Source of the DNA: Candidatus Woesearchaeota archaeon
Lineage (GTDB): Archaea > Nanobdellota > Nanobdellia > Woesearchaeales > 21-14-0-10-32-9
Assembly (NCBI GenBank): GCA_007117755.1
Contig: SKFY01000039.1
Coordinates: 1 to 39,683 of the forward strand
Direction: 5' to 3'
DNA: 39,683 bases
In this document: positions 1 to 7,511 of the stretch, in pieces
Layout: each line of letters opens with the position of its first letter
How positions within the stretch are numbered: the stretch's first letter is position 1
Made by a program: the position numbers and the translations under genes
Notes under the pieces: model-generated
Told to the model about the DNA's origin: nothing
What the model saw: only the letters and a program-made list of their open reading frames with translations
Databases searched by the model: none

Positions 1-30
1 AAAGAGTTAGATGAGATATTAAACCTGTAA
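1..30 (+). CDS. 3' end of a probable antitoxin, truncated by the window edge
   Basis: Frame reads KELDEILNL-stop (TAA 28-30), ending 1 nt before the RelE-like ATG, which is the usual layout of a type II TA pair. Confidence 0.4.
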   Translation, partial: KELDEILNL

Positions 31-31
31 A

Positions 32-307
32 ATGTTCAATTACGACATAGAAGATCAACTGCAAAAGAAGTTAAAAGTACTCACAAGAAAAAACAAATCT
101 TTGGCTATGAATTTCAAAAAGAAACTTACAGAAGTTATACAACACGATCTGCATACAATTAACACATATAAAAATCTGAAAAGTCCTTTACACGAGTATA
201 AAAGAATCCATTTAACCAAAAATTACATTTTAATATTCAAAGTGAATTTAGAAAAAAGACACATCCTATTCATTGATATAAGTCACAGAGACAAAGTTTA
301 CAAATAA
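32..307 (+). CDS. RelE/ParE/YafQ-family type II toxin (mRNA interferase)
   Basis: 91-aa basic protein with YKNLKSPLHEYKRIHL..YILIFKV and C-terminal FIDISHRDKVY, matching the RelE/StbE pattern. Confidence 0.8.
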   Translation: MFNYDIEDQLQKKLKVLTRKNKSLAMNFKKKLTEVIQHDLHTINTYKNLKSPLHEYKRIHLTKNYILIFKVNLEKRHILFIDISHRDKVYK

Positions 308-317
308 TAATTAATCC

Positions 318-330
318 AAAAACTTATATA
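318..330 (+). promoter_or_regulatory. Archaeal BRE/TATA promoter of gatE (probably leaderless)
   Basis: AAAAA-CTTATATA ending 23 nt before ATG 354. Confidence 0.55.
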
Positions 331-353
331 CATATTTACTATTTCATTTACAT

Positions 354-1766
354 ATGGATTACACATCTTTAGGATTTAAAGCAGGTTTAGAAATTCACCA
401 ACAGTTAGAAGGTAAGAAATTATTCTGTAATTGCCCTACTGTTATTAAGAAAGATAAGTCCGATTATAATTTTAGAAGGGTTCTCCGAGCTAGCGCTGGA
501 GAGAGCGGAGCAGTAGATAAAGCTGCTCTTCACGAATTGAAGAAAAGTAAAGAGTTTGAGTATCACGGTTATGATGACGTTACTTGCTTGGTTGAGATGG
601 ATGAAGAGCCGCCACACAATGTTAACAATGATGCTTTAACTATTGCTTTGAAAGTTGGTAAGTTATTGAATATGAAGATTCCTGATTCTATTCAGTTCAT
701 GCGTAAAACAGTTATTGATGGTAGTAATACTAGTGGTTTTCAAAGGACTGCTTTAGTTGGTAAAGATGGTTTCATCACTGTTAAAGGCAAAAGAATAGGT
801 GTGGAGAGTCTTTGTTTGGAAGAAGAAGCTTGTCAAGTAATTAAGAGAGGTAAGGATAAGGATGTTTATAATTTATCAAGACTTGGTATTCCATTACTTG
901 AAATAGCCACTGCACCAGACATAACCAGTCCTGAGGAGTGTAAGGAAGTTGCTAGTCATATCGGTATGCTTTTAAGAAGCGTGGGTGGTATGAAGAGAGG
1001 TATAGGCACTATAAGGCAGGATGTTAATGTTTCTATTAAGAAAGGTGCTAGAACCGAGATAAAAGGTTTCCAGGATCATAAGAATATTCCTAAAGTTATT
1101 GAGAACGAAGTTAAACGCCAGTTAGATTTAATTAATAAAAATAAAAAAGTTGAGACGAGCGTTAGAAAAGCGGAACCAGATTTTACTGCTTCTTATTTGA
1201 GACCTATGCCTGGGGCTGATCGTATGTATCCAGAAACAGATGTTGACGTTATAATTCCTGAAAAAGTTGATTTTGATATTCCTGAAACTCTAGAAGAGAA
1301 AGAAAACAGAATTGTTAAAGAATACAAGATAAGTAATGACTTAGCTAAAAATTTGGTGAAGTATGAAAGTAAAACAGGTGATTCAGTTGAAGGCTTAATA
1401 AAAAAATATTCCAATAAAAACTTAAACGCAACAACAATTGTTGATACTTACTTAATACTAATACCCAGTATTGAAAAGAAACACGGCAAAATTAAAACAG
1501 ATGTTAAAGATTTGTTTGAAGAAGTGAAAAAAGGCAAGATTGCCAGTAGTGCCATACCTAAGATATTAGAAGATTCTACTAAGAAAAAAGTAAGTTTGAA
1601 AGATTATGAACAAGCTGACGAGTCAGAAATAGAAAACACTGTGAAAAATATAATCAAAAAGAATCCTTCAGCACCAACAGGAGCTTTGATGGGTATGATT
1701 ATGAAAGAACTGGGTGGCAAGGCTGATGGTAAGAAAGTTATGGAGCTTGTGAAGAATCATAAATAA
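354..1766 (+). CDS. gatE: Glu-tRNA(Gln) amidotransferase subunit E, short form lacking the AspRS-like insertion
   Basis: GLEIHQQL, CLVEMDEEPPH, FMRKTVIDGSNTSGFQRTALV, RLGIPLLEIATAPD, KRGIGTIRQDVNVSI and YLRPMPGADRMYPETD are GatE-specific motifs; Yqey-like tail. Confidence 0.93.
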   Translation: MDYTSLGFKAGLEIHQQLEGKKLFCNCPTVIKKDKSDYNFRRVLRASAGESGAVDKAALHELKKSKEFEYHGYDDVTCLVEMDEEPPHNVNNDALTIALKVGKLLNMKIPDSIQFMRKTVIDGSNTSGFQRTALVGKDGFITVKGKRIGVESLCLEEEACQVIKRGKDKDVYNLSRLGIPLLEIATAPDITSPEECKEVASHIGMLLRSVGGMKRGIGTIRQDVNVSIKKGARTEIKGFQDHKNIPKVIENEVKRQLDLINKNKKVETSVRKAEPDFTASYLRPMPGADRMYPETDVDVIIPEKVDFDIPETLEEKENRIVKEYKISNDLAKNLVKYESKTGDSVEGLIKKYSNKNLNATTIVDTYLILIPSIEKKHGKIKTDVKDLFEEVKKGKIASSAIPKILEDSTKKKVSLKDYEQADESEIENTVKNIIKKNPSAPTGALMGMIMKELGGKADGKKVMELVKNHK

Positions 1767-1769
1767 TAA

Positions 1770-2423
1770 TTAGCTTAAAAAAAAGTTCACCAAAGATTTT
1801 ATTAAATCGTAAAAAGACATTTTTTTAGTAACAGTTTCATAATCCCTTTTTTTTATAGCTTTAAATAAGTCTTTTTCTTTACTAACAATGTAGTTATGAC
1901 CAAAATTTTCTAATTTGTGAGAATCACTAGTGGTGATTAAAGGCTTATCATATTTTTTAGCAATCTTAATAGCTTTTTTATTAAAATAATTTACAAAAAA
2001 ATGGTTAAAAAAAGATATTTCAATAGCATCAAATAAATCTATATAATCAATTAATTCTTTATTTAAAGAAGAAGGTGAAGGGTAAAAAGGATGAGGTGCT
2101 AATACGAATAATTCTTTATTAGATCTTTTTTCATCCAACAATTCTTTGAAAGTTTTTATCTCCCTACTAGGATTTAATAAAACAACGTCTTTACCTTCAA
2201 TACTAGCTTCAACACCCGGAATTAAAAAAATACCTTTAGACAAAGCATAATTTTTTAGAGCGTTATTAAAAAATATTTTTTTATGATGAGTTAAGCTTAT
2301 ATGAGTAAAACCTTTTTTTGCAGCTTCATTAATTAACATAATAGGAGAATAATCTACTATGTTTTTACCAAGTAATCCATCAATAGGATCCCTATCAGTA
2401 TGTATATGTATATCGGCTTTCAT
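1770..2423 (-). CDS. PHP-family metal-dependent phosphoesterase
   Basis: Real start MKADIHIHT at 2423 (the ORF-track extension runs into the tRNA); HxH, GVE, PHP and SDSH metal motifs. Confidence 0.85.
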   Translation of the reverse strand: MKADIHIHTDRDPIDGLLGKNIVDYSPIMLINEAAKKGFTHISLTHHKKIFFNNALKNYALSKGIFLIPGVEASIEGKDVVLLNPSREIKTFKELLDEKRSNKELFVLAPHPFYPSPSSLNKELIDYIDLFDAIEISFFNHFFVNYFNKKAIKIAKKYDKPLITTSDSHKLENFGHNYIVSKEKDLFKAIKKRDYETVTKKMSFYDLIKSLVNFFLS

Positions 2424-2424
2424 A

Positions 2425-2514
2425 CGAACCTGGAGGGATTCGAACCCTCGACCTATTGCTAACTCCATATTAATTTAGGAGGCAATCGCGCTATCCAGAC
2501 TGCGCCACAGGTTC
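2425..2514 (-). tRNA. tRNA-Arg(CCU) with a 15-nt intron (2461-2475) at the canonical 37/38 position
   Basis: Minus strand GAACCTG..GCGC AGTCTGGATA GCGC G ATTGC CT CCT A [AATTAATATGGAGTT] A GCAAT..GAGGG TTCGAAT CCCTC CAGGTTC G; CTCC pairs with intron GGAG to form a bulge-helix-bulge. Confidence 0.95.
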
Positions 2515-2528
2515 AACACACAAAAAAG

Positions 2529-3473
2529 TTAAATTAAATAGTATTTTTCTTTTAACTTCACAACATTTTTTTTATCATTAATGTTAATATTTTTTTTATT
2601 TAAAGGATTTTTTAAAGTGATTTGTTGGTAATTATCATGAGGAATCGCTACTAAAGGATCATTTTTAATAATCAACGCTTTTTTTAAGGATAAAGGTTTT
2701 TTTTTATAATCTTCTTTTTTAAAACTTAAAGATACTTTTTTCGCATTTTCTAAATCAAAACCTTTTATTGTTTTACCCAAGCTTTTTATGAGAACAGGCT
2801 TATCAGAGTATTCTATAACGTCACCTTCTTTAAATAAAGGTAAAATTACCAAGGTATTAACCCTGAAAATTTCTTTACTAGTCATCCTGTCTTTACTAAA
2901 TAATTTAGCGTTATTCTCTATTAAGCCCCCAAAGTGATTAACAATTTTTTTAGCTATGATAACTTGTTCTTTTTTACTAGTTAAGTAAAAATCCACACTG
3001 CTTCCTTTATCAACTAATTTATTAACAAAAAAATCAGATTTATTAACATGATTTTTTACAAAGTCCTTAACTTCCATAGAAGCATTCCTTATTTGCAACA
3101 CGCCCTCGTAATATTCACTTCCCTCTTTAGCTTTCTGAGGAGAATAAGTTACTTCAACACTAATAGGTATCGTGAAATAATAATCATCTAATTTTATAGT
3201 AACAGGCAAATCTTTCTTTAAACCAGTTTTATCCAATACGTCTTTTTGTAATCCTTTTTCCAAAGAAATTTTTTTATTTAAAGAATCAGAAAGTATTTTT
3301 TGTAAAGACTCATCCAAATTATTAAAAGACACCCACTTATTTTTATAAAAAATTTTTTTGCTAGGACAAAGTTTTATTTTTACAGGCTTAAAACTTAACG
3401 AATTAACCTTACAATCATCACAAATCTTATCAGAACTTGTTTTTTTCCCACATTCAACACAAAATCTTGGCAT
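2529..3473 (-). CDS. nmd3: NMD3-family ribosome biogenesis protein
   Basis: Real start MPRFCVECG..ICDDC at 3473; YYEGVLQIR, VDFYL, KLFSKDRMTSKEIFRVN.LV..P.FKEGDVI. Confidence 0.88.
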   Translation of the reverse strand: MPRFCVECGKKTSSDKICDDCKVNSLSFKPVKIKLCPSKKIFYKNKWVSFNNLDESLQKILSDSLNKKISLEKGLQKDVLDKTGLKKDLPVTIKLDDYYFTIPISVEVTYSPQKAKEGSEYYEGVLQIRNASMEVKDFVKNHVNKSDFFVNKLVDKGSSVDFYLTSKKEQVIIAKKIVNHFGGLIENNAKLFSKDRMTSKEIFRVNTLVILPLFKEGDVIEYSDKPVLIKSLGKTIKGFDLENAKKVSLSFKKEDYKKKPLSLKKALIIKNDPLVAIPHDNYQQITLKNPLNKKNININDKKNVVKLKEKYYLI

Positions 3474-3531
3474 AAAAAAACAGTATAATAAAATAATATA
3501 TAAATATAACCTGTATACCCAGTAATTAAAA

Positions 3532-4173
3532 ATGAAACAATTTTTGAAAAAAACATACGATTTCTTAGTAAAAGACGATAGTTGGCTAAGCTGGATCGTA
3601 GGCTTAGCATTAGCATACGTACTTATTAAATTCATAATATACCCAGGCATAGGCTTCGCATTCCAAACAGAATTACCAGTAGTAGCAATAGTGAGTGAGT
3701 CAATGGAACACCGAATGAACAATATTAATGACATGTATTATATGTGCGGATACAGATTTGAAGATAAAAGAAGAGTTAGTTTTGACAGGTGGTGGAATAT
3801 ATGCGGAGACTGGTACGTTAATAATACAGATATTAACAAAGACGTTTTTGAAGAGTTCAGATTTAAAAACGGCTTGAATAAAGGAGATATAATAATAGCC
3901 TTTGGAAAAAAACCAGAAGATATAAACGTGGGAGACGTTGTCATATTCGAAGCCAATAGACCAATACCCATAATACACAGAGTAGTAGCGAAAAACGAAC
4001 AAAGCCAAGAAATTATTTTTAGCACTAAAGGAGATAACAACGCGGATTACGAAACTAGTTTAGAAGAAGAAACCGTACACGAAGATAGAATCATAGGAGT
4101 TGCCAAGGCCAGGATACCCTACTTAGGTTATTTGAGAGTTTGGATGGCAGACCTAGTAAATCTTTTTAGATAG
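3532..4173 (+). CDS. Signal peptidase I (S26B/Sec11 type)
   Basis: N-terminal TM; catalytic Ser in VSESMEH, GDII, GDVVIF, IIHRVV, TKGDNN, RIPYLGY. Confidence 0.92.
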   Translation: MKQFLKKTYDFLVKDDSWLSWIVGLALAYVLIKFIIYPGIGFAFQTELPVVAIVSESMEHRMNNINDMYYMCGYRFEDKRRVSFDRWWNICGDWYVNNTDINKDVFEEFRFKNGLNKGDIIIAFGKKPEDINVGDVVIFEANRPIPIIHRVVAKNEQSQEIIFSTKGDNNADYETSLEEETVHEDRIIGVAKARIPYLGYLRVWMADLVNLFR

Positions 4174-4233
4174 TTAAGATAAATCATAATTGACGACTAA
4201 AAAAAAAAGGTTATGATAAGTTAAGAGGGAAAA

Positions 4234-4308
4234 GGGGTTGTGGTCTAGCTTGGTTATGATACGCGGCTGGGGGTCGCGTGATCGGGGGTTCAAATCCTCC
4301 CAACCCCA
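4234..4308 (+). tRNA. tRNA-Pro(GGG)
   Basis: GGGGTTG..CGCGG CT GGG GG TCGCG..GGGGG TTCAAAT CCTCC CAACCCC A cloverleaf; CCA not encoded. Confidence 0.95.
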
Positions 4309-4343
4309 TAAAAAAAAAATAATTGATTAATTTGGATATAAAC

Positions 4344-4357
4344 AAAAAATTTATATA
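4344..4357 (+). promoter_or_regulatory. BRE/TATA promoter of the GTPase operon
   Basis: AAAAAA-TTTATATA ending 23 nt before ATG 4381. Confidence 0.55.
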
Positions 4358-4380
4358 GGTATAACCTGGACTATATTTCT

Positions 4381-5016
4381 ATGATAAAGAGATTTAAAGA
4401 TTTCTTCAACAAGTATTTTAAAAACTTGTTCGGAAAGAAAAAAGAAGTAAAAATAGGTTTGTACGGACCACCTAACGGGGGAAAAACCACCCTGGCCAAT
4501 AGGATTTGTGAAGACTGGCTAGGTGAACAATTAGGAAATGTTTCTAGCGTAGCACACGAAACTAGAGAAGTGCAGATTAAAGAAAAAGTCGTTATTAAAT
4601 CAGGAAACAAACAAATAACTTTCAGCTTAGTAGATACACCAGGAATAGCTACTAAAATAGATTATGAAGAATTCGTAAAAGAAGGTATGAAAGAGAAAGA
4701 AGCTAAAAATAGGGCTAAAGAAGCTACTAAAGGCGTTATTGACGCAATAAAATGGTTAGATGATATGGAAACCGTAGTAGTTGTTTTAGACGCTACAAAA
4801 GATCCTTATAGTCAAGTAAATATTACTATAATGGGTAATTTAGAAGCTAGAAACATACCCGTTTTAGTAGTCGCTAATAAAGTAGATCTTAAAAAAGCCG
4901 ATTTGAAAAAGATAGAATCCGCATTCCCAAAATACGATATTGTAGGTATAAGTGCTAAGTACGGAAAAAACGTGGATAAGTTTTATGAAAAACTTATAGA
5001 GGTAGCAGGTAAATAA
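4381..5016 (+). CDS. Era-like small GTP-binding protein (OapA-like)
   Basis: G1 GPPNGGKTT, HETRE, G3 DTPG, G4 NKVD, G5 SAK; first gene of the conserved GTPase-DUF2073-DUF2072 trio. Confidence 0.9.
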   Translation: MIKRFKDFFNKYFKNLFGKKKEVKIGLYGPPNGGKTTLANRICEDWLGEQLGNVSSVAHETREVQIKEKVVIKSGNKQITFSLVDTPGIATKIDYEEFVKEGMKEKEAKNRAKEATKGVIDAIKWLDDMETVVVVLDATKDPYSQVNITIMGNLEARNIPVLVVANKVDLKKADLKKIESAFPKYDIVGISAKYGKNVDKFYEKLIEVAGK

Positions 5017-5018
5017 AG

Positions 5019-5399
5019 ATGATAACTTTACAATTCATACCATATAAAGAATTAGAAAATTTACCTAGTGAAAAAAGAATTAATAAAATACTTAGAGCAG
5101 TTAAATCAGATAAAATAGTATTGTTAGAAGGAAGTCTTGAAAGTAAAGAAGAAACTGATTTGATAAGTAGAACTATGGAACAAATAAACGAGAGTTTTAC
5201 AGGTATAGAAATAAGTGTTGTTAAAAGCGAACATTTAGAGACTAATTTTTTAGATAGAATAAGAAGTAAAATCGTCAGGCTATTAACAGGTAATAGACAT
5301 GGTTTTACCATTATAGGACCTGCAAAGATAGTGAAGGAAATAAAACAAGATCCTGGAAAGATACAGCTTCTCACAAATATTCCTTCTAATAAAAAATAA
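5019..5399 (+). CDS. DUF2073/COG3365 protein (OapB-like)
   Basis: IVLLEGSL..EETDLI..TM..I...FTGIEI and GFTIIGPA motifs; gene context. Confidence 0.85.
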   Translation: MITLQFIPYKELENLPSEKRINKILRAVKSDKIVLLEGSLESKEETDLISRTMEQINESFTGIEISVVKSEHLETNFLDRIRSKIVRLLTGNRHGFTIIGPAKIVKEIKQDPGKIQLLTNIPSNKK

Positions 5400-5411
5400 G
5401 GTGAATAAATA

Positions 5412-5795
5412 ATGCCCCACCAATGTGTTAAGTGCGGAGCTCTTTACGGAGACGCAAGCGAAGCTATTATTAAAGGTTGTAAGGATTGCGAATCTAAATT
5501 GTTTTTCTATGTCAAACAAGATTATTTAGATAAAGCTAAAGAACGCACTAGTAATTTGACTAAAGTAGAAAAGAATCAAATAGAAAAAGATGTTTATGAT
5601 ATAATAGGAGATGAAATAGATAAAGACATACCAGTAGTTTTAGATATTGAAAGCATAAATATAATTAAACCAGGAAAGTACGAGTTAGATTTAGTTAATC
5701 TTTTTAAGAAAAAACAACCTTTAATTTATAAGTTAGAAGATGGAAAATACGTTGTTGATATAATGGAAAGTTTTAGTAAGTTCTCAAAGAAATAA
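5412..5795 (+). CDS. Zn-ribbon DUF2072/COG3364 protein (OapC-like)
   Basis: MPHQCVKCG..IIKGCKDC..FFY and IESINIIKPGKYELDL; AGGTGA SD-like site upstream. Confidence 0.87.
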   Translation: MPHQCVKCGALYGDASEAIIKGCKDCESKLFFYVKQDYLDKAKERTSNLTKVEKNQIEKDVYDIIGDEIDKDIPVVLDIESINIIKPGKYELDLVNLFKKKQPLIYKLEDGKYVVDIMESFSKFSKK

Positions 5796-5800
5796 TTAAA

Positions 5801-6805
5801 ATGTTAAGTGAAAACGGAGTTTTTTTTGTTGGTGAAAAAAAAGAAGTTGTTAGTAAGAAATTACCTGTTTTTTATAATCCTGTTATGAAAGATAATAGGG
5901 ATTTGAGTATAAAAATTATTAATACTTTAAGAAAGGATTTGAGAATAGGCTTGCCCTTAGCAGGGTCAGGAATAAGAGGTTTGAGAATATATAAAGAGTG
6001 TTCTAATGTTAAGGAAATCGCTCTTAATGATGTTCGTAAAGATTTCAAAGAAGATTTGATAAAAAGTATAGAATATAATAATTTTAAGAAGACATTTTTT
6101 GAAATACATAATACTGAAGCTAATATTTTTTTGCATAGAGAGAAATATTTTGATTATGTAGATGTCGATCCTTTCGGTTCACCTAATAAATTTTTAGATT
6201 CGAGTATTCAATGCCTGAAAAATAATGGTGTTTTAGCAGTTACAGCTACGGATACAGGCGCTTTAGCAGGTAGTTTCCCAAAAGCATGTATGAGAAAGTA
6301 TTGGTCAAAGCCTTTAAAAAACGAGTTTATGCACGAATTTGGATTAAGGATTTTAATAAGTAAAATTCAATTAGTAGGAGCTCAACATGAAAAGTATTTA
6401 AAACCTTTAGTAGGGTATTTTAAAAATCATTATTACAGAGTTTTTTTTAAGTTGTATTCTAATAGGAATAAATCAGAAAAAGTTTTTGAAGAAAGAGCTT
6501 ATTATGAAGAACACGGACCTATTTACACAGGCAAATTAGGAGATATTGATTTTTTAAAAAAAATAGAGAAAGACGAATTTGTTGATTTGTTAAAAGAAGA
6601 GTATTCAATAAATACTATAGGTTTTTGTGATTTGCATAAAAGAGCAGAAAAACTAAAATTAAAAAAGTTACCAAAAACAAGTACTTTAATAGAAGAAATA
6701 AGAAATAAAGGATACGAAGCCTGCAGAACTCATTTTAATCCACACGGAATAAAAACTAATATGAAAGAAAAAGATTTGAACAAGCTTATCCAACAGCTCT
6801 CCTAA
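5801..6805 (+). CDS. trm1: tRNA (guanine-26,N2)-dimethyltransferase
   Basis: VFYNPVM..NRDLS, GSGIRGLR, DVDPFGSP, VTATD, E.GLRIL, HYYRVF, RTHF...GIKT. Confidence 0.93.
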   Translation: MLSENGVFFVGEKKEVVSKKLPVFYNPVMKDNRDLSIKIINTLRKDLRIGLPLAGSGIRGLRIYKECSNVKEIALNDVRKDFKEDLIKSIEYNNFKKTFFEIHNTEANIFLHREKYFDYVDVDPFGSPNKFLDSSIQCLKNNGVLAVTATDTGALAGSFPKACMRKYWSKPLKNEFMHEFGLRILISKIQLVGAQHEKYLKPLVGYFKNHYYRVFFKLYSNRNKSEKVFEERAYYEEHGPIYTGKLGDIDFLKKIEKDEFVDLLKEEYSINTIGFCDLHKRAEKLKLKKLPKTSTLIEEIRNKGYEACRTHFNPHGIKTNMKEKDLNKLIQQLS

Positions 6806-7064
6806 CATCAATCACTTCTACAGAATTAACACTTTTTAAAGTCGCTAAGTCTTTTTCTAACTCTTCAGGACTTCCTAAGCTCTCATCCATTATAAAAGTT
6901 AATTTTAAAGCTTTTAAACCAAAAGCCACAGGTTCAGTCTCTGCTTTCACTTCTACTGTTTGAGAAAATTTTTCTATCTTACTAGAAGCTTCCTTTTGTA
7001 GTCCGTCTAAGTCTGTACTTGGAGACTCAGGCATTAATTTTATTGTTACTATTGCTTTTGCCAT
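6786..7064 (-). CDS. ef1b: Translation elongation factor aEF-1beta
   Basis: KLMPESPSTDL, EPVAFGLKAL, V.SVEV. Confidence 0.93.
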   Translation of the reverse strand: MAKAIVTIKLMPESPSTDLDGLQKEASSKIEKFSQTVEVKAETEPVAFGLKALKLTFIMDESLGSPEELEKDLATLKSVNSVEVIDVRRAVG

Positions 7065-7117
7065 TTTTAAATAAGTTTTTTTTAACCTCCTTCACAAAAA
7101 AAAAATTTTTATGTATC

Positions 7118-7288
7118 TTAATTAGGACCAGTAAAGCCACATTTAGGACAAGTATATTTAGCCACTATTTGCCTTGCCTTTTTTGATCTGATTATTTCAT
7201 AATCACCGCAACCAGGGCATTTAAATGATACTGAGCCAACATTATTTGTTATTCTCTCATTAGTTGATATACATCTTTTAACTTCCAT
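7118..7288 (-). CDS. Small Zn-ribbon RNA-binding protein, DUF1610/COG2888 (56 aa; absent from the ORF track)
   Basis: Manual translation MEVKRCISTNERITNNVGSVSFKCPGCGDYEIIRSKKARQIVAKYTCPKCGFTGPN; conserved position upstream of aEF-1beta. Confidence 0.9.
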   Translation of the reverse strand: MEVKRCISTNERITNNVGSVSFKCPGCGDYEIIRSKKARQIVAKYTCPKCGFTGPN

Positions 7289-7378
7289 GGCATTGACGGA
7301 ACTAATAAATATTTATAAAACTATCGTTGGAAATACAAAACCTTTAAATAAATACATTAGGTCCTGAAAGTAAACTTT

Positions 7379-7455
7379 GGGTCCGTAGCTTAGCCTGGTG
7401 GAGCGCACGACTGATAATCGTGAGGTCCCGTGTTCAAATCACGGCGGACCCACCA
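7379..7455 (+). tRNA. tRNA-Ile(GAU), CCA encoded
   Basis: GGGTCCG..CACGA CT GAT AA TCGTG..CCGTG TTCAAAT CACGG CGGACCC A CCA; TTTAAATA box upstream. Confidence 0.96.
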
Positions 7456-7511
7456 TTATACATTAAAAAAATAAAAAAAAAAGTTTTTTTAATTGAGCGA
7501 GGGGATTAACT

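Noticed and set aside
2424..2468. ORF-track N-terminal extension of the PHP gene (MELAIGRGFES..)
   Set aside because: It is translated tRNA-Arg sequence; PHP homology starts at ATG 2423
3474..3734. 87-aa N-terminal extension of NMD3
   Set aside because: It overlaps the signal peptidase on the opposite strand and the divergent promoter region; homology starts at MPRFCVEC
4331..4360. TTTGGATATAA...TTATATAGG resembling an archaeal dif site
   Set aside because: The spacer is 9 bp rather than 6, the right arm is poor, and the sequence is explained by the GTPase BRE/TATA
4174..4380. Possible replication origin beside the oap-like genes
   Set aside because: No ORB (TCCA..GAAAC plus G-string) is visible; the G-run belongs to tRNA-Pro; there is no cdc6
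7084..7093. Strong AAGGAGGT SD-like site upstream of ef1b
   Set aside because: It lies about 20 nt from the ATG with no in-frame start at normal spacing, so a function cannot be supported
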